DNA of 64,000 nt, taken from NCBI GenBank assembly GCA_041906505.1, contig JAYRJB010000002.1, forward strand, positions 2,363 through 66,362, given 5' to 3'. The translations under genes and the position numbers were made by a program. Within the stretch, counting starts at the first letter, position 1. The number at the start of each line of letters is the position of its first letter. Of this stretch, positions 57,220-64,000 are shown piece by piece. Below the pieces are notes generated by a model. The model did not search any database and was not told the origin of the DNA. It saw nothing but the letters and a program-made list of their open reading frames with translations. The stretch comes from Candidatus Saccharimonadales bacterium (lineage in GTDB: Bacteria > Patescibacteriota > Saccharimonadia > Saccharimonadales > 2-12-FULL-41-12).

Positions 57220-58953
57220 CTATTCAGTTCCGTCGGAAAAGTGTTCGGTAAGATAGTCGAGGTGTTTTTCGCGGAACTTTTTGAATTCACTTTTTTTCAG
57301 ACCAGAGTGTTTAATGAAGGTACCGATTTTCTCGCTACCGATATAGTGTGGCATCATGACGTAGCTGGCACCAAGCTCGTACAGTTCTGCTGCCTGTGCG
57401 ACGTTGTCGGCGTGGCAAATTACAACTGAGTGGGGGTTGATGCGCTCCATTAGTTTCACTAAGAAGATGTTGGTGTCGTGATCTGAGATTGTTGAAACCA
57501 ACAGTTTACTTTTTTCAATTCCAGCTTCGTGTAACAGTTCAATGTCAGTGGCATCACCGTAAAGATATTCAATTTTTTGATGTTCCAAAAGGTCTATTAT
57601 TTCGGGGTCATAATCAATGACAATATAACGCTTTTTTAGGCTTTTAAAGACCCGCAAAAACTCATGGCCGCCCTTGTGATAGCCAAAAAGCACGAGGTCG
57701 TAATGGTGTTTGGTGATCTGCTGCTCATATTGAGTCTTTCGTCGTTCAAATAGGCCAAGGTGTCTTTGAAAATAACCAAAGAGTTGTTCGCTGTACATAA
57801 TGACGTAGGTCGAGTAGGCAATCGAAAGAAGAGTCACCAGAGTAAGGGTGGTTACGAGCTCGGCACTTACTTGTCCTTGTTTGTAAGCGAGTGTGATAAA
57901 AACCAGTGAGAATTCGCTGGTCTGGGCAAGTGCAGTTGAGGCCTTAAAGCTAGTTTGTTTTGTGTAGCCCATAAGTCCCATAATCGCGAGGACAACAAAG
58001 GGTTTAATCAGAATTACGACAATCAAGAAGGCAAAAATGTCGCCTAGGTAGTTATATATATTGTCGAAACGAAGCTGAGTTCCGAGCGCGATGAAGAATA
58101 CCACTATGAAAAAATCACGCAGTGGTCGAAGGCGCGCACTAATCTCTTGAGAATAGGGCAGCGACGCCAGGCTCACACCTGCCACTAAGGCGCCCATTTC
58201 GAGGCTAAAGCCGGCGAGTTCAAATAACGCTGAGCTTCCAAAACCCCAGCCAATGGCAAACAAGAACAAGAACTCTTGGCTCCCGGCGATAAGGTTGTGC
58301 ATTTTTGGAAGAACCTTGCCCCCAATAAGAAACAAAGGAATCGCCACCAGTATGCCCTTGCCAACTAGGCTAGCGAGTTGCGTAACGGAAAATCCAGTAC
58401 CATCGCCTTGAGCGGCCAAAAGCAACAGTGCTGTTGCGGCAACGATATCTTGAATAATAAGTATTCCGATAACAATCTTGCCGTAGAGACGGCCCTGCTG
58501 TTTTTTATCGGAAAGCAGTTTGAGGATAATAATTGTACTACTAAAGGCGGTCGCAACACCTGCAAAGAGTGATTCGGTATCACCAAGGCCCAATAATTTT
58601 CCAACGGCGTAACCCGCAAACGTAGTAATTGCAACTTGCAGAACACCAACAGTGCCCGCAACCTTTCCAACCTCCTTGATTACGCCCGGATTAAGTCCGA
58701 GGCCAATAATAAACAGCAGGAGGGCAATACCAATACTAGAAAAGGTTTCTATAGTTTCCGAAGATTGAACCAAGTGCAAAAACGACGGACCCACCAAAAT
58801 TCCAGTAATAATGTGGCCAATAATTAGAGGTTGGTGTATCAACCTCATACAGAATGCAATAAATGCACCAAGGGCAATAATAAGGCTTAGTTCTGTGAAG
58901 ACGGAGTGCATTTTTGTATAATTTGGAGTACCGTTAGTAGTGAGCTCTAACAA
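57220..58953 (-). CDS. Cation:proton antiporter (CPA2/Kef-type) with a C-terminal TrkA-N/RCK domain
   Basis: 577 aa. About 12 TM segments of the Na_H_exchanger type are followed by a Rossmann-like DLVLFGYHKGGHEF region. Confidence 0.8.
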   Translation of the reverse strand: MLELTTNGTPNYTKMHSVFTELSLIIALGAFIAFCMRLIHQPLIIGHIITGILVGPSFLHLVQSSETIETFSSIGIALLLFIIGLGLNPGVIKEVGKVAGTVGVLQVAITTFAGYAVGKLLGLGDTESLFAGVATAFSSTIIILKLLSDKKQQGRLYGKIVIGILIIQDIVAATALLLLAAQGDGTGFSVTQLASLVGKGILVAIPLFLIGGKVLPKMHNLIAGSQEFLFLFAIGWGFGSSALFELAGFSLEMGALVAGVSLASLPYSQEISARLRPLRDFFIVVFFIALGTQLRFDNIYNYLGDIFAFLIVVILIKPFVVLAIMGLMGYTKQTSFKASTALAQTSEFSLVFITLAYKQGQVSAELVTTLTLVTLLSIAYSTYVIMYSEQLFGYFQRHLGLFERRKTQYEQQITKHHYDLVLFGYHKGGHEFLRVFKSLKKRYIVIDYDPEIIDLLEHQKIEYLYGDATDIELLHEAGIEKSKLLVSTISDHDTNIFLVKLMERINPHSVVICHADNVAQAAELYELGASYVMMPHYIGSEKIGTFIKHSGLKKSEFKKFREKHLDYLTEHFSDGTE

Positions 58954-58974
58954 ACCACTTACGCTTAATTATAG

Positions 58975-59442
58975 ATGAAAGATATATTTCGCAAAGTTTC
59001 AAACCGCGTGTCACATATTGCTGGCAATGCCTCGACGTTTCTTTTTGCGTTCCTCATTATTGTAATTTGGGCAACCACCGGTCCACTCTTCGACTTCTCT
59101 GATACTTGGCAACTGGTAATAAATACAGGCACCACAATTGTCACTTTTCTAATGGTGTTTCTAATTCAGAACACCCAAAATCGAGACAGTAAGGCCATGC
59201 AGTTAAAACTTGATGAGTTGATTTTAGCAACCCGGGCAAGAAACGCATTTGTAAACCTGGAAGATTTGACTGATGAGGAGTTGGCGCAACTAAATACCCA
59301 GTTTAAGGACGTACACGATCGAGCTGAGGGCAGCAAACTTATGGTACAACTTCATGAAAGCATAGAAGCTGAGCACGAAAGAAGAAAACACCGGGGCGTA
59401 ACGCCGACGCACCTTAACGAGATACTACACAAGAAGATCTAA
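58975..59442 (+). CDS. Low-affinity iron permease (Fet4-like) family protein
   Basis: 155 aa. SDTWQLVINTGTTIVTFLMVFLIQNTQNRDSKAMQLKLDELI matches the family core as I recall it. Confidence 0.65.
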   Translation: MKDIFRKVSNRVSHIAGNASTFLFAFLIIVIWATTGPLFDFSDTWQLVINTGTTIVTFLMVFLIQNTQNRDSKAMQLKLDELILATRARNAFVNLEDLTDEELAQLNTQFKDVHDRAEGSKLMVQLHESIEAEHERRKHRGVTPTHLNEILHKKI

Positions 59443-59464
59443 CCGTCTATCTAGGCGGATAAAT

Positions 59465-60112
59465 TTATGATCGGTTCGACTGCGCGATCGCTTCATCAAT
59501 CAGCTGCTTGAATTCGTCGAGAGATTTTGGATTAGACTCCACTTTTTTGCCATTGATGACAAATGTTGGTGTTGAGTTAACGCCAAGTGCCTGCCCAGCC
59601 TTTTGATCGGCGTTTATTATGGCGAGCGTGTTTGCATCGGCTAAGTCTTTTTTGAACTGATCCATATTTAGACCAAGCTGACTTGCGAATCCTTCCAGCA
59701 CTGAAGAGGGGTTATCAAGTCGTGCCCAACTATCTTGGTTTTCGTAGAGCAAATCATGCATTTCAAAAAACTTTCCTTGTTTGCCTGCTGCTTCTGCCGC
59801 TCGGGCCGAAATAGTTGCATTTGGATGGATTTGGGTGAGCGGAAAGTGACGGAACTGAAACGTGATATCGTCACCGTAATTTGCCTTTAGCTGTTTGACA
59901 ATTGGCGCATAACTTTTACAGGCCGGACACTGAAAGTCACCAAATTCAACCAAAGTCACCTTTTTCTTACCGGCTCCTACGGTGTGATTACTTCCTTGGG
60001 ACTGAGAGGTCTGACTGTTTGTGGCCGTCTGATCAGACTTCTTTGTAAGCATTAAGACGCCAAATAAACCAAGTACGACCACTACAATTATTGCGATAAA
60101 CTGTTTGTTCAT
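59465..60112 (-). CDS. DsbA-family thiol:disulfide oxidoreductase (membrane-anchored)
   Basis: 215 aa. N-terminal TM segment, FGDFQCPACK (CxxC) and a thioredoxin-like layout. Confidence 0.8.
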   Translation of the reverse strand: MNKQFIAIIVVVVLGLFGVLMLTKKSDQTATNSQTSQSQGSNHTVGAGKKKVTLVEFGDFQCPACKSYAPIVKQLKANYGDDITFQFRHFPLTQIHPNATISARAAEAAGKQGKFFEMHDLLYENQDSWARLDNPSSVLEGFASQLGLNMDQFKKDLADANTLAIINADQKAGQALGVNSTPTFVINGKKVESNPKSLDEFKQLIDEAIAQSNRS

Positions 60113-60188
60113 AATTTTCCTCTTTTACCCATCTATGATAACAAGAACCTCTATAAATTTATAATGAGTATGGGATACTATTAGCAAT

Positions 60189-61196
60189 ATGCTCGAACTT
60201 ATCACGCTCCTCATTTTCTTGGGCATTGCTCTTTTGAGCGCTGGGTTAAGACCAGTGTACGCAGGCGTTCCCATCAAAGAACTCAGAAGGCGCGCAAGTC
60301 GTGGAGATCAAGCGGCTCATCTACTCTACCAGGTTGCCCATCATGGCATGACTGCCGAGGCTGTTTTAGTACTCATTTCTTTAGTATCGGTTTCGGTGTG
60401 TTGCGTTATCTTCGTGGGCACGCTTGGGGCGCCACTCGCCATACTGTTTGTTATGGCGACAATATTTCTAGTTTTTTTCTTAATCCCAACAAAGCAATAT
60501 CGATTTGCACATAAGGTCGCGAGACCCATTTCGCCGTATTTTGCTCGTGTTCTGATTAATATTCGTCCCATTACAAACCAAGTTGCGCGAGTTGTAAGAA
60601 AATATCGACCACATGCGGTCCAAACAGGTGTCTACACAAAGCAAGATATTGTTCAGTTATTCGAGGATCAGAAAATTTCCACAGGCAACCAAATTGACCA
60701 GGTTGAGCTTGACATTGCCCTGCACGCACTCACGTTTGGTGATAAGAAAGTATCAGAGGTGATGACGCCAAGAAGGGTCGTTCATTTTGTGCAGGCAGAG
60801 GAGCCGATTGGTCCAGTACTTATTAACGAACTACATGAAAGTGGCTTTTCAAGGTTTCCGGTGCGCAAAGAAGACGACAACAATATTGTCGGCACCTTAT
60901 TCCTAAGAGATCTTGTCGAGCGAAAACATGGTGGAATTGTGAGCAACGCCATGAGCTCCAAAGTGTACTATGTAAATGATCAAGAAACACTCACACACGT
61001 GCTCAAGGCCTTTATTCGCACGAAGCACCACTTGTTTATGGTAGTGAATGAGTTTGAAGATATTGTTGGGATTATCACTATAGAAGACGTACTTGAGCAG
61101 ATTCTTGGACGGAAAATTGTTGACGAGTTTGATAGATATGCCGACCTGCGGGCTGTTGCCAAGAAGCTCAGTCCCAACGAGGGCGAACATGTTTAA
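60189..61196 (+). CDS. CNNM/DUF21 plus CBS-pair domain membrane protein (CorB/HlyC-like, no CorC_HlyC domain)
   Basis: 335 aa. N-terminal TM segments of the DUF21 type are followed by tandem CBS motifs (VSEVMTPRRVV... and IVGIITIEDVLEQILG). Confidence 0.75.
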   Translation: MLELITLLIFLGIALLSAGLRPVYAGVPIKELRRRASRGDQAAHLLYQVAHHGMTAEAVLVLISLVSVSVCCVIFVGTLGAPLAILFVMATIFLVFFLIPTKQYRFAHKVARPISPYFARVLINIRPITNQVARVVRKYRPHAVQTGVYTKQDIVQLFEDQKISTGNQIDQVELDIALHALTFGDKKVSEVMTPRRVVHFVQAEEPIGPVLINELHESGFSRFPVRKEDDNNIVGTLFLRDLVERKHGGIVSNAMSSKVYYVNDQETLTHVLKAFIRTKHHLFMVVNEFEDIVGIITIEDVLEQILGRKIVDEFDRYADLRAVAKKLSPNEGEHV

Positions 61197-61199
61197 GCG

Positions 61200-61406
61200 C
61201 TAAGGTTTTTGGGAGGACTCGTTCGTATGTTCTACCCAGCTGCTGTTGTAGGAGACCTTAGGGATAGATTTGGTGGTCGGACCAAGCCGCGCGTTTGTGC
61301 GCTGTACCACGCCCAGTACAATACATGCAAGAATTGTTGATAACAAAAGTGCGATATAGCTAAGTGTAAGTTGATTTTTCATTTTTATTTTTGTAACCGT
61401 GTACAT
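61200..61406 (-). CDS. Small membrane protein (hypothetical)
   Basis: 68 aa with a single TM segment (LTLSYIALLLSTILACIVLGVV). Coding status is uncertain. Confidence 0.3.
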   Translation of the reverse strand: MYTVTKIKMKNQLTLSYIALLLSTILACIVLGVVQRTNARLGPTTKSIPKVSYNSSWVEHTNESSQKP

Positions 61407-61481
61407 ATAATACCAAAAAAAGCATAAAAAGTCAATATTATCAGTCTATGTTTTGCTTCTCCTCTGCTATAATTACCTCCT

Positions 61482-62792
61482 ATGCGAGTATTGAGTGCGG
61501 ATATCAAAAAACACGTGGGGAAAAAGGTTAAAATCCAGGGCTGGCTTCATAAAAAGCGAGCCATGGGCGGACTTACCTTTATTAATGTGCGGGATCGAAA
61601 AGGCCTGGTGCAGGTTTTGATCGAAGATAAGGCCGAGGCCAACAAACTTCACGGATTACATATTGGTACTGTTTTAACGGTTGAGGGTGAGGTAGTAGAA
61701 GAGTCAAGGGCCCCCAATGGCGCTGAGATTCACCATCCAACACTTACGGTAATTACGCCAGTTGAGGAGCCGCCAGCAATAGAGATTGACAAGCCTATTG
61801 ATCACAAGCCGGAAAACCAAGACACACTGTTCGAACACCGGGTACTAAATTTACGTAATACCCAGGAACAGAAAATATTTCGAGTACGAGCCATGATGAA
61901 TCGATACATTCGAGAGTTTTTATACGAACATGATTTTATTGAAATACAAACACCAAAGTTGATTGCGGGAGCGACTGAGGGTGGGGCTGAAGTGTTCAAA
62001 ACGGATTATTTTGGTCAAGAAGCAACACTTGCCCAAAGCCCCCAGCTTTACAAACAAATAATGGTTGGAGTTTTTGAGAGAGTTTTTGAAATTGGACCTG
62101 CCTTTCGAGCCGAACCAAGTATGACAACGCGGCACGTAAGTGAGACCACGATGCTTGATATCGAGATGGGTTTTATAGATTCCCACGATGATGTCTTAAA
62201 GCTCACTGAGCAGCTAGTGGTTTATGTGCTCAAAAAGCTCTATCAACACCACCAAGAACTGCTTACGAGCTTAAATGCACCACCACTTGTTATTGCTGAT
62301 GCATTTCCTCGATATACGGTGGATGAGATCCACCAGCTTTACACCAAGGCTACGGGTGAGGACACAACCAAAGAGAAAGATCTAATCCCGGCCGAGGAGC
62401 GATGGATTTGTGAGTATGCAAAAAAGAAACATGGTAGCGAAGCGGTGTTTGCAACTCATTTTCCAATTGAAGCGATGAAGTTTTATCACATGATTGACCC
62501 AGAGGACCCCACAAAAGTGCTGTGGGCCGACTTACTCTTCCGCGGACTTGAGATTGCGACTGTGCCAATGCGTGAGCACCGCTATGAGGTGCTCGTAGAA
62601 CAAATAGTACGCGCAGGCATTGACCCGGAGCACCCTGGGTTTCGTTATTACCTACAGGCATTTAAAGCTGGACTCCCACCACACGGGGGGTTTGGGTTTG
62701 GAGTTGATAGATTTGTACAAAAAACACTCGGTCTAAATAGCGTAAAAGAGGCAATTTTATTCCCCCGAGATATGCATAGACTTGCGCCGTAA
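61482..62792 (+). CDS. aspS: Aspartate--tRNA ligase, archaeal/type-2 (possibly non-discriminating)
   Basis: 436 aa, class IIb. OB-fold N-terminus, motif 2 FRAEPSMTTRH, motif 3 GGFGFGVDRFV, and a C-terminus FPRDMHRLAP typical of type-2 AspRS rather than AsnRS. Confidence 0.8.
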   Translation: MRVLSADIKKHVGKKVKIQGWLHKKRAMGGLTFINVRDRKGLVQVLIEDKAEANKLHGLHIGTVLTVEGEVVEESRAPNGAEIHHPTLTVITPVEEPPAIEIDKPIDHKPENQDTLFEHRVLNLRNTQEQKIFRVRAMMNRYIREFLYEHDFIEIQTPKLIAGATEGGAEVFKTDYFGQEATLAQSPQLYKQIMVGVFERVFEIGPAFRAEPSMTTRHVSETTMLDIEMGFIDSHDDVLKLTEQLVVYVLKKLYQHHQELLTSLNAPPLVIADAFPRYTVDEIHQLYTKATGEDTTKEKDLIPAEERWICEYAKKKHGSEAVFATHFPIEAMKFYHMIDPEDPTKVLWADLLFRGLEIATVPMREHRYEVLVEQIVRAGIDPEHPGFRYYLQAFKAGLPPHGGFGFGVDRFVQKTLGLNSVKEAILFPRDMHRLAP

Positions 62793-62835
62793 GATTTTTT
62801 GCATGCGCAAGTATGATTGTCTACACTAAGCATTA

Positions 62836-63420
62836 GTGCGTAAAATGAATAAAAAGGTCATAGGAATTCTCTTCGGAATTTGTCTGCCAGCGGCGATAGT
62901 GGCTTTTGTTTTGATTCAATCAAAAGAGGTACAAAATACTCCAGTACAACCCCAGACCAATAAAGCTGACACCTCAAAGTATATAGTTAAAAAAGCTTGT
63001 GATATCCTTTCGCTTGAAGACGCAAAAAAATTATTTAGTGACGACAGCGTCACAATTACTCCCGAAGATAACACTGGTGCACAGTCAAGTGATATTGGTG
63101 TGAGCTCTTGCAGCTACATAGATAAATCGATGAAGACAGCAACAATACTGGTGCGTTCGGCTAAAACAGATGCCGGCCAAGAGAGTAACAAAATCCAATT
63201 CACCCAAAAAAGACCACCAAACACTCAAGATGTAAGTGGCTACGGGGAAGGAGCATATTGGAACTTGCAGCTGGCCCAACTAAACATTCTAAAGGGCAAC
63301 ACATGGTACATTCTCAGTTACGGAGCACCAAATATAAATCAACGCACACTGGGCGAAACCGAACAAATGGCCAAGCTTATTAGTGGCAAATTTGACTATG
63401 CCCCTGGTGAGAACTACTAG
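62836..63420 (+). CDS. Membrane-anchored hypothetical protein
   Basis: 194 aa. N-terminal anchor (VIGILFGICLPAAIVAFVLI). No motif recognised. Confidence 0.45.
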   Translation: MRKMNKKVIGILFGICLPAAIVAFVLIQSKEVQNTPVQPQTNKADTSKYIVKKACDILSLEDAKKLFSDDSVTITPEDNTGAQSSDIGVSSCSYIDKSMKTATILVRSAKTDAGQESNKIQFTQKRPPNTQDVSGYGEGAYWNLQLAQLNILKGNTWYILSYGAPNINQRTLGETEQMAKLISGKFDYAPGENY

Positions 63421-64000
63421 TCTTTATTATCAAGGTTTTTCCAGAGGTACCAGCACGCCACCGACTCATAGGGAGGCCAACCTTTTTCGTCGGACAGCGC
63501 TTCGAGCCCCAGCTGATCTGGCAGTTTCGGTAGGTTATAGAGTTGCATTGCACTCTTCTTGATTCCGAGATCTCCCCAAGCTAGCACATCGAGACGCCCC
63601 AAACTAAATATCATAAACATGTGAGCCGACCAAGTGCCAATTCCTCGAACCGAAGTGAGCTCAGAGATTAGCTGGTCGTTGCTCAGTGACTTGATTGTAT
63701 CCAGCTCGAGACGTCCATCGATGACGTGAGCAGAGAGATCTTTGATATAGCTTACTTTTTGGTAACTCAAACCAACTGCCCGCAGCGAATCATCATCTGC
63801 TACACGGATTTGCTCTGGAGAGGGCATTGAATTATCAAAAAGCTGTAAAAAGCGCTCCCAAATTTTTTGGGCGGCCCGTACCGATAGTTGCTGGCTGACG
63901 ATACTACTGACAAGCTCTTCGAAGTGCCGATCGTGAGGTTGTAGGTCAAAATTTCCATATATGCCAATGAGCCTGTTCATAACGGGGTCGCTTGTGCGCA
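63417..64000 (-). CDS. DNA-3-methyladenine glycosylase II-like (HhH-GPD family), 5' end probably outside the window
   Basis: SSIVSQQLSVRAAQKIWERF and VRGIGTWSAHMFMIF (HhH). The frame stays open upstream of the Met at 63980 to the window edge (..TSDPVMNRLIG resembles the usual DP.L..LI start region). Confidence 0.75.
   Translation of the reverse strand, partial: RTSDPVMNRLIGIYGNFDLQPHDRHFEELVSSIVSQQLSVRAAQKIWERFLQLFDNSMPSPEQIRVADDDSLRAVGLSYQKVSYIKDLSAHVIDGRLELDTIKSLSNDQLISELTSVRGIGTWSAHMFMIFSLGRLDVLAWGDLGIKKSAMQLYNLPKLPDQLGLEALSDEKGWPPYESVACWYLWKNLDNKD

Overview
The window looks like the replication-origin region of a small, tightly packed bacterial genome. The taxon is my inference only: it looks Patescibacteria/CPR, Saccharibacteria-like, based on abutting or overlapping genes, an archaeal-type AspRS, PaaX-like regulators, a short YidC and a Gram-positive-style T4SS module. 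All calls come from reading the ORF translations and the DNA by eye; no searches were run.

Layout:
- (1) 119-10345 (+): a seven-ORF operon with a VirB4-like ATPase, two giant membrane-anchored or secreted cell-wall hydrolases (one carries about five different peptidoglycan-cleaving domains) and two small anchored proteins.
- (2) 10329-16550: the classical origin core. recF, dnaN and dnaA lie on the minus strand and rpmH, rnpA, yidC and jag on the plus strand. DnaA-box-like 9-mers occur in both intergenic regions that flank dnaA.
- (3) 16619-21311: a 1154-aa SGNH/GDSL exoprotein, a small anchored protein, and a PaaX-like regulator bracketed by a 34-bp dyad repeat.
- (4) 21363-55597: a cell-surface glycan locus of about 33 kb. 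It encodes rmlABCD, ugd and UDP-xylose synthase, Wzm/Wzt with a coiled-coil methyltransferase, GT2/GT4/WbsX-RgpF transferases, GtrA/GtrB-like and GT-C-like proteins, a WbaP-like initiating transferase, glmS and uppP. Its central part is visibly AT-rich.
- (5) 55598-57219: a candidate compact cobalamin riboswitch with an explicit terminator/antiterminator, in front of an uncharacterised 431-aa protein.
- (6) 57220-64000: housekeeping genes (Kef-type antiporter, Fet4-like permease, DsbA, CNNM/CBS, AspRS, AlkA-like glycosylase).

I found no rRNA, tRNA, CRISPR array, transposase or integrase.

The most interesting items are the T4SS-linked multi-domain hydrolase module, the riboswitch-like leader, the 34-bp dyad repeats, a doubly ATGA-coupled 83-aa ORF inside the rml operon, and a repeat protein whose DNA repeats are near-identical.
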